From Candidatus Stammera capleta (lineage in GTDB: Bacteria; Pseudomonadota; Gammaproteobacteria; Enterobacterales; Enterobacteriaceae): a DNA stretch of 64,000 nt. Location of the stretch: NCBI GenBank assembly GCA_015134335.1, contig CP043975.1, positions 84,350 through 148,349 on the forward strand. Reading direction: 5' to 3'. The notes beneath the pieces are model-generated. The model was not told where the DNA came from and made no database searches. It saw only the letters and a list, made by a program, of their open reading frames with translations. The position numbers were made by a program, and so were the translations under genes. Below, piece by piece: positions 50,873 to 62,397 of the stretch; within the stretch, counting starts at the first letter, position 1, and each line of letters begins with the position of its first letter.

Positions 50873-52192
50873 TTATTTTTTTATATTTAAAATAATATTT
50901 CATCAATTATTTTTAGAAGGTTTTGCTTTTTTAGTAATGAATATATTAGGGCATAATATAGGAATTTTGTTATAAAAAATTATTGGAGTTAATTTTCTTT
51001 TTCATGGGAATATTTTATATTTTTGTCAAATATTTTTAATTTTTTGAGTTTTTTTATATAAAAGTTTAATTTTAAATTTATTTTTAATATTAAATTTTAT
51101 ATAAATATTTTCTTTTTTTGTTGGTTTACGAACTCTATTAAAATTTATATATTTTTTGTTTTTGTCTGTATTAGTATATAATACTCCTATGTCGTTAGGT
51201 AATTTAATAGTATTATTATTTTTATTTCATTTAATAGTTTTAATTTTTAATATTTTAAATTTTTTTTCTAAATATAAATTATTTTTATATTTTATAATTA
51301 TAAAATGTTTTAAATGTAATTGAAAATAATTTTTATTTTTATTTGTTTTTAATTTTTTTAATATTAAATATATTAATTTATATGAAATATAATTTTGATT
51401 ATTAATTTTAATAAATTTTCTTAATATTATTATTATTTCTTCATTTTGTAATTTATATATATTATTTAAATTTAAATATTTGTTTTTAATATATAAATTT
51501 ATTTTTTTTTTTATAAGTTTATTAATTAATTTATATTGATTATGACATATTTTTGAGTTACGATTTAAAGAACTATAAAAATATTTTCATCTTTTAACAA
51601 TTAAAGGTAATATTTTATGTCTTAAAAAATTTCTATCTAATTTTAAATTTAAATTACTATTATCTTCTATTCATTTTATATTATATTTAATAGCATTATT
51701 AATAATATATTTTTTATTTATATTAATAAATGGTCTTTTAATAATAAATTTTTTATTAAATATAGTTGTTTCTTTTATACCTATTAATCCTTTTAAACCT
51801 GTTCCTCTTTTTAACATTAAAAAAATAGTTTCTATTTTATCATTTAAATGATGAGCTAATAATAAAATTTCATTTTTTTTTATATTTTTAAAGTATATTT
51901 TTAATCTTTTTTTTCGTAATTTATTTTCTAAATTATTTATATTTTTTATATAAATATTTTTTATAATTAAAGGTATTTTAAGTTGTTTGCAAAATAATTT
52001 ACAGTGATTTTGTCATATTAAAGAATCTTTATGTATATTATGATTTATATGTATAGCTCTAATATTATTATTAATTTTGTATTTGTTTATATTATAAAGT
52101 AAAATAGTAGAATCTATTCCTCCGCTATAACCTATTAAAATATTATTATATTTATTTATAATTTTTTTTATTTTTTTTTTAATTAAATTCAT
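50873..52192 (-). CDS. tilS: tRNA(Ile)-lysidine synthetase TilS
   Basis: I translated all 439 codons by hand. The frame is uninterrupted under UGA=Trp: MNLIKKKIKKIINKYNNILIGYSGGIDSTILLYN... (PP-loop SGGxDS) ...HHLNDK...LDRNFLRHKILPLIVKRW. TAA at 50873-50875. It is invisible in the standard-code track. Confidence 0.88.
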
Positions 52193-52282
52193 ATTTATAA
52201 ATTTATAAATTAATTATTAATATTTATTTATATTTAATATAAGATTGTTTTTATATAAGAAATATTATAATATATTGTAAAT

Positions 52283-52355
52283 GGGTCGTTAGCTCAGTTG
52301 GTAGAGCAGTTGACTTTTAATCAATTGGTCACAGGTTCGAATCCTGTACGACCCA
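52283..52355 (+). tRNA. tRNA-Lys (anticodon TTT)
   Basis: GGGTCGTTAGCTCAGTTGGTAGAGCAGTTGACTTTTAATCAATTGGTCACAGGTTCGAATCCTGTACGACCCA aligns with E. coli tRNA-Lys. Confidence 0.95.
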
Positions 52356-52376
52356 TATTTTAAAAAGATTTTTAAA

Positions 52377-52673
52377 TTAAAATATAAAATCTATATGTAA
52401 TATTTTGTTTTTAACAGGATGTTTTTGAATTTCTTTAATATAACATGGAAATATTTTAATAAATTTTATTAATATTTTTCATTTTATTTTATATATTTTA
52501 TTTTTGTTTCTTATTAAATTATAGAATTCATTATATTTAATTTTTATATATATATTTTTTTTATTTTTAGAATATAATATAGCAGGTATTTTATTTTTTT
52601 TTCTTAATTTATTATTATGATTTGTACCTAAAATAGTTCTATATTGAGCATTTATAGTTAATAAATTAGTCAT
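52377..52673 (-). CDS. rplY: 50S ribosomal protein L25
   Basis: MTNLLTINAQYRTILGTNHNNKLRKKNKIPAILYS..., extended through TGA 52479-52481 to ...IQKHPVKNKILHIDFIF (E. coli ...VQRHPYKPKLQHIDFVRA). Confidence 0.85.
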
Positions 52674-52758
52674 TTTATTTAATATAATATTTTAATTAAA
52701 TTATTATATATAATATATTATAATAATAGTATATAAATTTTATATTGTATATATAAGT

Positions 52759-53616
52759 ATGTTTTTAAAGATTAAGAATAAACAAATTGGTGTACATTTT
52801 AAAAATAGATTTACTTTATTTAATAATATTAAGTATGCATTTAAATTAAATATAAATACTTTTTCTTTTTTTTTAGGTAATCCATTATCTTGAAATAAAA
52901 AAATTAATAATTCTGATATATATAAATTTAAATATTATTTAAATAAATATAATATTAAAACTGATTATATTGTTCCTCATAGTAGTTATTTAATAAATTT
53001 ATGTTCATCAAATATATTTAATTTAATTAAATCTATTAAATTATTTATTAAAGAAATTAATTTATGTTATGAATTAGATATTAAATTTATTAATTTTCAT
53101 TTAGGTAGCAATGATTTAAGAAATATTAATATAAATAAGTGTATTGATAATGTAATTAATATTTTAAATAATATTATTAATAAAACTAAAAAAGTTATTT
53201 TAGTAATAGAAAATTCTGCTGGTCAAGATAATGCTATAGGTAATAATATTATAGATATATCTAAAATTATAAATAATATAGATAATAAGTCTAGAATAGG
53301 TTTGTGTATAGATACCTGTCATGCATTTGCTGCTGGATATGATTTAAGAACATTAAATAAATGTGATGATTTCTTTTTATATATAAATAAAATAATAGGA
53401 TTAAATTTTTTAAAAGTTATTCATTTAAATGGTAGTATATATAAATATTTTAGTAAGTTAGATAAACATAGTATGTTATTAAAAAATAATTTTTTAGGAT
53501 ATGCTGTTTATTATTGAATTATGACTAATAATTTGTTTAATAATAAACCAATTATATTGGAAACTCCAAATTCATTAAAATGAATTGAAGAATTAAGTTG
53601 ACTATATTCTATTTAA
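52759..53616 (+). CDS. nfo: endonuclease IV
   Basis: ...IVPHSSYLINL...INFHLGS...VIENSAGQ...SRIGLCIDTCHAFAAGYDLRT...IHLNGS...LDKHS...W IM...PIILETP...W IEELSW L, collinear with E. coli Nfo. The His/Asp/Glu metal ligands are recognisable. Confidence 0.9.
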
Positions 53617-53942
53617 TTTTTTAATTTATATATATTAAATTGTTTTTTAATATAATTTGATATTTTATATAATGAATGTTTATAAAATTTTTTATATATT
53701 AAAAATCATGATAGTTGAGATTCAGATATATATATATATATATGAGATCCATTATTATCTTGAGTTATTATATGATATCATGGATTATTTTTTGATTTTT
53801 TGTTTTTTATATTTAATATTTTATATTTATTATTATTTAATGAATGTATATATATAGGATCAATATCTATTATTACCGCAATAAAATTTAAAATTTTATG
53901 TTTAACTAATTGACCTATATTAAATTTACTTTTTTTAATCAT
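53613..53942 (-). CDS. hspQ: heat-shock protein HspQ (YccV family)
   Basis: MIKKSKFNIGQLVKHKILNFIAVIIDIDPIY...NNPW YHIITQDNNGSHIYIYISESQLS, compared with E. coli [30 protein letters not shown]...[27 protein letters not shown]. Its 3' end overlaps the nfo 3' end by 4 nt. Confidence 0.82.
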
Positions 53943-54160
53943 ATATATTTTATAATTAAATTTAAATTATTATTTTTTTATATAATATAATATAATGTTA
54001 TTTGTTATATGATATATAAAATCTTAATCATTATATATGATATATTAGAAATAATTATAATATTTATATAATACTTTTATTTTTAAAATTATATTATTTT
54101 TAAATATATTATTAATATAATATTTATTTTTTAGGTTTTTATATTAAATATGGAGTTTTT

Positions 54161-54508
54161 ATGAAAAAAAAATTATTAGAAGTTAATGAAAGTATTTTTG
54201 AAAAAAAAGTTTTAAAAAAAAAAGGATATTGTTTAGTAGATTTTTGAGCTAAATGATGTGGTCCTTGTAGGTTGTTTATAACTATTTTAAATGAATTATA
54301 TAATAATAAAAATTTTTATAAAAAAATTAAATTATTTAAAATAGATATAGATAAAAATAATTTATTAGTTAATAAATATAATATACAAAGCGTTCCTACA
54401 ATAATTTTATTTAAAAATGGTAATTTATTATCTAAAAAAACAGGTTTATTAACTAAATTAGATATATTAAATTTTTTAAAATTAAATGGATTAGATATAT
54501 TAATATAA
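54161..54508 (+). CDS. trxA: thioredoxin 1
   Basis: ...CLVDFW AKW CGPCR... (WCGPC with both Trp as TGA) ...IQSVPTIILFKNG. A GGAG Shine-Dalgarno sequence is present. It lies upstream of rho as in E. coli. Confidence 0.9.
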
Positions 54509-54566
54509 ATATATTTTTTTATAATTTTATATTTATTTGTTTTTAATTAATTATTATTATTAATAT

Positions 54567-55829
54567 ATGAATTTTACTTACTTAAAAAGTATTTCAGTAA
54601 CTGAGCTTATTAATATAGGTAAAAATATAGGATTAGAAAATTTATCTCGTATGCGTAAACAGGATATAATATTTTCTATATTAAAACAACATTCTAAATG
54701 TGGAGAGGATATTTTTGGAAGCGGTGTGTTAGAAATATTACAAGATGGATTTGGGTTTTTACGTTCTTCTAATAGTTCATATTTAGCTGGGCCTGATGAT
54801 ATATATGTTTCACCAAGTCAAATACGTAGATTTCATTTAAGAACAGGTGATACTGTTTCAGGTAAAATACGCCCCCCTAAAGAAATAGAAAGATATTTTT
54901 CTTTATTAAAGGTTAATTTTATAAATTATGATAAACCAGAAAATTTTCTTAATAAAATATTATTTGAAAATTTAACTCCATTACACGCTAATTATAGATT
55001 ATATATGGAAATTGGAAATGGAAGTAATGATGATATTACTGCTAGAGTATTAGATTTATGCGCTCCAATAGGAATGGGGCAGAGAGGTTTAATAGTAGCT
55101 CCTCCTAAAGCAGGTAAAACAATTTTATTGCAAAATATAGCTAAAAGTATTAACTGTAATTATCCTGATTGTATATTAATGGTATTATTAATTGATGAAC
55201 GTCCTGAAGAAGTTACTGAAATGCAACGTTTAGTAAAAGATGGTGAAGTAATATCATCTACATTTGATGAGCCTGCTTCACGTCATGTACAAGTTTCTGA
55301 AATGGTTATTGAAAAAGCTAAAAGATTAGTAGAACATAGAAAAGATGTAATTATTTTATTAGATTCTATAACTAGATTAGCTCGTGCTTATAATATAGTA
55401 GTTCCAGCATCTGGTAAAATTTTAACTGGGGGTATAGATGCTAATGCTCTACATAGACCTAAAAGATTTTTTGGAGCTGCTAGAAATATAGAAGAAGGTG
55501 GTAGCTTAACTATTATAGCTACTGCTTTAATAGATACAGGTTCTAAAATGGATGAAGTAATTTATGAAGAATTTAAAGGTACTGGAAACATGGAATTACA
55601 TTTATCTAGAAAAATTGCAGAGAAAAGAATTTTTCCAGCTATAGATTATAATAGATCTGGTACTAGAAAAGAGGAGTTATTAACATCTAATAATGAATTA
55701 AAAAAAATATGAATTTTAAGAAGAATTATTCAACCTATGAATGAAATAGATTCTATGGATTTTTTAATTAAAAAATTATTAATGACCAAAACAAATAATG
55801 AATTTTTTGAAATGATGAAAAGAACATAA
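54567..55829 (+). CDS. rho: transcription termination factor Rho
   Basis: ...[12 protein letters not shown]...[27 protein letters not shown]...[15 protein letters not shown]...[13 protein letters not shown]...RLARAYN..., extended through TGA 55710-55712 (KKIW ILRRII) to ...[11 protein letters not shown] at 55827-55829. Confidence 0.95.
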
Positions 55830-55903
55830 ATATATTAAAATTTAATAATTAATTTAGTGGTTTTTAGTTGTAAATTTTTATATAATATAAAATATTAATA
55901 TTT

Positions 55904-55977
55904 GGTGGTTATAGCTTAGTTGGTAGAGCTTTGGATTGTGGTTCCAATGGTCATGGGTTCGATTCCCATTAACCACC
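55904..55977 (+). tRNA. tRNA-His (anticodon GTG), G-1 encoded
   Basis: GGTGGTTATAGCTTAGTTGGTAGAGCTTTGGATTGTGGTTCCAATGGTCATGGGTTCGATTCCCATTAACCACC aligns with E. coli hisR, including the extra 5' G. Confidence 0.92.
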
Positions 55978-55999
55978 TTATAAATATTTTATATAAAAA

Positions 56000-56073
56000 C
56001 GGTGAGTGGCGCAGTTTGGTAGCGCAACTGGTTTGGGACTAGTAGGTCGGAGGTTCAAATCCTCCCTTGCCGA
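56000..56073 (+). tRNA. tRNA-Pro (anticodon TGG)
   Basis: CGGTGAGTGGCGCAGTTTGGTAGCGCAACTGGTTTGGGACTAGTAGGTCGGAGGTTCAAATCCTCCCTTGCCGA aligns with E. coli proM. Confidence 0.92.
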
Positions 56074-56109
56074 TTTTTTTTTATTTATATAATTTTATAA
56101 AATATTTAT

Positions 56110-57750
56110 ATGAAACATATATTGGTTACATGTGCTTTACCGTATGCTAATGGTTCTATACATTTAGGTCATATTTTAGAACATATACAAGCTGATATTT
56201 GAGTAAAATTTAATAAAATGTTAGGTAATAAAGTTTATTTTATATGTGCTGATGATTCTCATGGTACAGCTGTATATTTAAAAGCGAAATCTTTACAAAT
56301 TAATCCTAAAAATATGATAAAAAATATTTTAGTTGAACATATTAATCAATTTATTAATTTTAATATTTTTCATAATTATTATTCAACAACTCATAGTAAA
56401 TATAATTATATTTTTCTAAAAAAATTTATTAATCGATGTCAAAAAAAGAATATTTTATATACTAAGAGTGTATTACAATTTTATGATAATACTAAAAAAA
56501 TATTTTTACCTGATAGATATATTGAAGGTACATGTCCTATTTGTAATAGTATTAATCAATATGGAGATAGTTGTTTTATTTGTGGTTCTATTTATAATAG
56601 TATAGATTTAATTAATCCAATTTCTAGATTATCATCAACTATTCCTAATTTAATGTATTCTGATCATTTGTTTATAAATTTAAATATTTTTAAAAATAAT
56701 TTAATTTATTGAATTAATGAATATAATTTAAATAAAAATGTTTTAAATCAATTATTAATATGGTTAAAAAATGATTTAATAGATTGAAATATATCTAGAG
56801 ATTTTCCTTATTTTGGTTTTAAAATACCTTCAAAATATATATATAATAAATATTTTTATGTATGATGTGATGCTTTATTAGGTTATATAAGTACTTTCTA
56901 TAAATATTGTAAATATAAAAAAAGTATTAATTTATTTTCAAATTTTTGAGATATTAATTCTAATTATGAGTTATATCATTTTATAGGTAAAGATATATTA
57001 TATTTTCATGGTATATTATGACCAATAATATTAAATATTTTAAATTATCGTCAACCTACTGGTTTAGTTGTACATGGACATATAATGATTAATGGAATTA
57101 AAATGTCTAAATCTTTAAATAATTATATAAATACTAATAATTGATTACAGTATTTTGATGCTGATAGTTTAAGATATTATTTAGCAAGTTTATTAAATAA
57201 TAGTATAAAAGATATAAATATTTCATTAAATGATTTAGTTAATAAAATAAATTCTGATATAGTTAATAAATTTATTAATATAGCTTCTCGTATATCTGGA
57301 TTTTTATATAAATATTTTAATAATATATTATCTAAGTTATTGTGAGATGATAATATATATAATTATTTTGTTAATAAGTCTATTATTATATATAATTTAT
57401 ATTTAAAATTTAATTATAATAAAATTATTATAGAAATTAATTTATTATTAGATATTATTAATAAATATATTAATGATCATAGTCCATGAATATTAAATAC
57501 TATTGGCAGTAAATTAAAAAATATTAATAATTTACATATGTTTTGTACTACTATAATTAATATTTTTAAAGTTTTATCAATATATTTAAATCCAATAATT
57601 CCTAATATTATTAGTAAAGTTAAAATTTTTTTAAATATAAAAAAATTATCATGAAATGATTTATATAAACCATTATTAAATCATAAAATTAAAAAGTATA
57701 TTAATATTTATAATCGTTTAAATATTTTAAATATAAATAAAATTTTATAA
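56110..57750 (+). CDS. metG: methionyl-tRNA synthetase (core enzyme, no C-terminal tRNA-binding appendage)
   Basis: [31 protein letters not shown]..., zinc knuckle CPICNS...CFICG, ...W DISRD-like [12 protein letters not shown]..., KMSKS at 57100-57114. 546 aa in one frame through many TGA codons. Confidence 0.92.
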
Positions 57751-57800
57751 TTTAAATAATAAAAAAATTTTATAATTAATTAAAATAAAAAAAAAAATTT

Positions 57801-58013
57801 ATGTCATATTTAGAAATTGAAAAAGTAGTTAAAAAAGTTGGTAACAGATTTGATTTAGTTTTAATTGCATCTTATTTAGCTAGACAAATACAGTTGTATA
57901 ATAAAAAATTTATAAAAAAGAAAAAAGATAAACCTACTATATTAGCGTTAAAAAAAATTGAAAAACAAAATTGTAGTAAAAAATTAATATTTAAATTTAT
58001 TAATAAAATATAA
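57801..58013 (+). CDS. rpoZ: RNA polymerase subunit omega
   Basis: 70 aa: ...[23 protein letters not shown]...[11 protein letters not shown], compared with E. coli ...[23 protein letters not shown]...KTTVIALREIE. Confidence 0.85.
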   Translation: [70 protein letters not shown]

Positions 58014-58029
58014 ATATTTTATTTAAATA

Positions 58030-59232
58030 ATGAAAATTTATTTAGTTGGCGGTTATGTAAGAGATAATTTGTTGGGATTAAAATCTATAAGTGATAAAGA
58101 TTGATTAGTAGTAGGAAGCTCTTATAGTAAAATGTTAAAATTAGGTTATAAGCCTGTAGGTAATTTTTTTCCTGTTTTCTTACATCCTATTACTAAAGAA
58201 GAATATGCATTAGCTAGAAAAGAATATAAAAATGGTTTAGGTTATAAAGGTTTTAATTGTGTTTTTGATAAAAGTATTTCTTTAGAAGAAGATTTATATA
58301 GAAGAGATTTAACGATTAATGCTATAGCAATGGATAAAAAAGGTAAATATTATGATCCTTATAATGGTTTAGAAGATATAAAAAACAGAATTATTAAACA
58401 TGTATCTAATTTTTTTAGTGATGATCCATTAAGATTAATTAGAGTTGCTCGTTTTAAAGCTTATTTATTTAATTTAAATTTTTATATACATAAAGATACT
58501 TATTTTTTAATGAAAAATATTGTTTTAAAAGGTGAATTATTATATATTTCTCCAGAAAGAATTTGAATAGAATTAAGAAAAGTATTAATTTTGAATAAAA
58601 ATATTTATATTTTTTTTAAAGTATTAAAAAGTTGTAATGCTTTATATATTATATATCCAGAATTAAATAATATATTTAATAGTAATATATTAAAATATTT
58701 TTTTAAGTTAATTTTTAGTAAATTAGAATTTTATAATTATGGTTATAATTTAAATTTTATTTTTTTGTTTTTTTTTTTTCATTATACATTTTTATATAAG
58801 AGTTTTTATGATAAAAAAAAATTTATTATTAATAGTATTAAAAATTTTTATAAAAAATTTAATTTACCTAAAAAATTATTTTTGTTATGTAAAAAAAGTT
58901 ATTATTTAATATATGAAATTTATATGTATAAAAAAAACATTGATATATCTATTTTTATATTGAATATTTTTTATAAAATTGATATTTGAAGAGATAATAA
59001 TTTTATTATTATAGTTTTAAAAATTATTAAAATTTTAAAATTAATTAATATTTATGATTTTTTTATATTAAATATTTTAGAAAAATATATATTAAAGGTT
59101 TTTACTAAAATTAATAAGATTAATTTTAAAAAATTATTAAAGATAAAAAATTTTAAAAATTTTGTAGATATTAAAAATTATATATATAATTTACGTTTGA
59201 GAAAAATAAAAAATATATTTTGTAATATATAA
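58030..59232 (+). CDS. cca: tRNA nucleotidyltransferase (CCA-adding enzyme), HD phosphohydrolase motifs not recognisable
   Basis: MKIYLVGGYVRDNLLGLKSISDKDW LVVG...VGNFFPVFLHPITKEEYALARKE...LYRRDLTINAIAMD...DPLRLIRVARF...ISPERIW, collinear with the E. coli Cca head domain. The C-terminal half is degenerate. Confidence 0.88.
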
Positions 59233-59237
59233 TAAAA

Positions 59238-60257
59238 TTATTTATTAGTTAATTTTAATTTAGGTTTAATATCTATTAAAAGAGATTTTTTTATATTATT
59301 AAAATTTTTATTATATTTATTTTTATAATTTAAATAACCTGTATAAGCAATCATAGTTGCATTATCTGTACATAAATTAATTTTTGGAAAAAAAATATTT
59401 TTATTATATTTTTTATAATAATTTATTTTGTGTCTTAATTTTTTATTTCGACTAACTCCTCCTACAATTGATATATTATTAATTTTATATTTATTAGAAG
59501 CATTAATAATTTTTTTTATTAAAATATCTGTAATTGTTTCTTCTAATGAATAAGCTATATTTGCTTTTGTTTGAAAAGTAAGTTTATTACTTTTAATATA
59601 ATTAAATATATGTGTTTTTAAACCAGAAAAGCTAAAATTAAAATTATTTTTATAATTTAATGGTTTAGGGAAATTTAAGTTTATTTTACCATATTTAGCT
59701 AATTTAGATATTTCATGCCCTCCTGGTAATTTAAGTTTTATTAATATAGCAATTTTATCAAATATTTCACCTGCTGAATCATCTAAACATTCTCCAATAA
59801 TTTTAAATTTATTATAATTATAAATTATACATAAAATAGTGTTTGCTCCTGATGTAATTAGACTAATAAAAGGAAATTTAGGAAAAACTTTATTTAACAT
59901 TATGGACATAATATGTGCTTCTATATGATTAATAGCTATTGTAGGTATATTATATAAAAATGATATTATTTTAGATAATGTTACCCCCATTAATAGTGAA
60001 TTAGGTAATCCTGGACCGATAGTGTAAGCAATTAAATTAATATTATGTAATTTTAATTTATTTTGTTTTAAAATATCTATTAGTAAAGGAAATATTTTTT
60101 TAGCATGATACTTTGAAGCTATTTCAGGTATTATTCCTCCATATTTATTATGTAATTTACATTGACTATATAATTTATTTATAAATGATTTTTTTTTAGT
60201 ATTATATAAACTAAGTCCAGTTTCATCACATGAAGTTTCGATACCTAATATTATCAT
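59238..60257 (-). CDS. tsaD: tRNA N6-adenosine threonylcarbamoyltransferase TsaD
   Basis: MIILGIETSCDETGLSLY...GGIIPEIASKYHAK...YTIGPGLPNSLLMG...INHIEAHI... It is divergent from rpsU as in E. coli. Confidence 0.92.
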   Translation of the reverse strand: MIILGIETSCDETGLSLYNTKKKSFINKLYSQCKLHNKYGGIIPEIASKYHAKKIFPLLIDILKQNKLKLHNINLIAYTIGPGLPNSLLMGVTLSKIISFLYNIPTIAINHIEAHIMSIMLNKVFPKFPFISLITSGANTILCIIYNYNKFKIIGECLDDSAGEIFDKIAILIKLKLPGGHEISKLAKYGKINLNFPKPLNYKNNFNFSFSGLKTHIFNYIKSNKLTFQTKANIAYSLEETITDILIKKIINASNKYKINNISIVGGVSRNKKLRHKINYYKKYNKNIFFPKINLCTDNATMIAYTGYLNYKNKYNKNFNNIKKSLLIDIKPKLKLTNK

Positions 60258-60338
60258 ATTTATTTTTTTAAATATATTAATTATAATATATTATAATAAT
60301 TATTAATTTAGTTCAAATATAATTTAAAGGTATATATT

Positions 60339-60545
60339 ATGCCGTTTATTAAAATAAAAGAAAATGAACCATTTGATATAGCTTTGAGAAGATTTAAAAG
60401 AGTATGTGAGAAATCTGGTATTTTGTCTGAAGTACGTAAAAGAGAATTTTATGAAAAACCAACTACAGCTAGAAAAAAAGCTAAAGCTTCAGCAATTAAA
60501 AGAAGAATTAAAAAAAATATTCGTGATAAAATTAATAGATATTAA
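60339..60545 (+). CDS. rpsU: 30S ribosomal protein S21
   Basis: [52 protein letters not shown]. Confidence 0.95.
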   Translation: MPFIKIKENEPFDIALRRFKRVCEKSGILSEVRKREFYEKPTTARKKAKASAIKRRIKKNIRDKINRY

Positions 60546-60563
60546 ATAATATATATATTTAAT

Positions 60564-62315
60564 ATGAGATATATTTCAAAATTATTTATAAAAAAATTAT
60601 TGTATAATACAAATATTATAGATATAATTTCTTCTAAAATAAATTTAAAGAAAAATGGTAAATATTATCAATCTATTTGTCCTTTTCATAATGAAAAAAA
60701 TCCATCTTTTATTGTTAATGAAGATAAGAAATTTTTTTATTGTTTTGGTTGTAAAATATATGGAAATATAATAGATTTTTTAATGAAATTTAATAATTAT
60801 AATTTTTTAGATGCTATAAAAGAGTTAGCAAATATTAGTAATTCAGAAATAGTTTATTCTAATATTAAAACTAATATAAAAGATATAGATGAAAGAAATA
60901 TATTTTTTCAATTAATGGCATTATTAAATTCGTTTTATAAAAAATCTTTATTAAAGAATTTTAGTAAAATTAAATATTTTTTTAAAATTCGTAATATTAA
61001 TTATAAATTGATAAAATATTTTTCTTTAGGTTATTCAGATAAAAATAGTTTTAATAAATTTATACAGTATTTAGATGTATATAAAAAAGATTTTTTATTT
61101 AAATTGGGAGTTTTAAAAAAAAATAAATATAATAATTATTATGATATTTTAGATAAAAGAATTACATTTCCTATATATAATATATATGGAAATATAATAG
61201 CTTTTGGTGCAAGAATAATTTATTTAAATAATTATAATAATAAATATATAAATATTTCAAATAATATATATTTTAATAAAAAGAAATGTTTATATAATTT
61301 ATTTAATTTAATACAATATTATAAAAAAAATAATATTAAAATATCTGAAATATTAATTGTTGAAGGTTATTTAGATGTTATTTTATTATTTAAATATGAG
61401 ATAATTAGTATAGGGTTGTTAGGTACAAATATATCTATTTATCAAATTAATATATTATATAAATATACAAATAAATTAATATTTTGTTTAGATGGTGATA
61501 AAGCTGGTTATAAAGCTGTTAAAAATATAGTTAAATTATTATTAAATTTTATAAATTCTATTAAAATATGTTTTTTTGTTTTTTTGCCTTCTGGAGAGGA
61601 TCCAGACTCTTTAATACAAAAAGAAGGTAAAATTTTATTTAGAAATAGAATTAAAAATGCATTATCAATTTGAGATGTATTATTTAGTAAATATATGGGT
61701 TTTAAGAATAATTTATTATCATATTTTGATAAAATATCTTTTTTAAATTTTATACTTCCTTTAGTAAAAAATATTAAATGTCCAATAACTAAATCATTTA
61801 TTAGACAATCTATAAGTAATAAAGTAGGAATTATTAATAATGATTTTTTAGAAAAATATTTATATATTAGAAAAAAATCTCCTATACTAAAATTTAGTAT
61901 TATTCGATGTTTAATAAGTTTAGTATTAAAATTTCCATTTTTATCTTATAAAGTTAATATATATAGTATTTTTTTTAAAGATTATAAAATAGTTCCAGGT
62001 TTATTATTGTTTTTAGATATAATAAATTTGTGTATTAGTAATAAAAATATTTCTAGTAATGAAATTTTAAATAAATATAATAATAAAAATAATATTAGAT
62101 TTTTGTTAATAAAATTATTATATTGAAATTTTTTTCCTAAAAATGTTAATTTTTCATTATTATTTGATGATAATTTAAAAAAATTAAAATATTTAATAAT
62201 TAATATAAAACTAAAAAATATGTTTTTTAAAAAAAATATAAATGAATTATCTTTAGTTGATAAAATTAAAGTATGAAATTTTATTAAAATGAAGAAATTA
62301 AATTTAAATTTATAA
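60564..62315 (+). CDS. dnaG: DNA primase
   Basis: Zinc finger CPFHNEKNPSFIVNEDKKFFYCFGC and TOPRIM domain (VEGYLDV...CLDGDKAG...PSGEDPDS). Track ORFs 60564..61673 and 61695..62126 are in one frame joined by TGA. TAA at 62313-62315. Confidence 0.9.
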
Positions 62316-62397
62316 TTTATATTTATTTTTTTTAATATTTATTAAAATCATAAAAATTTTTATATTTAAACAAAATAATTAATATATAAATAAATAT

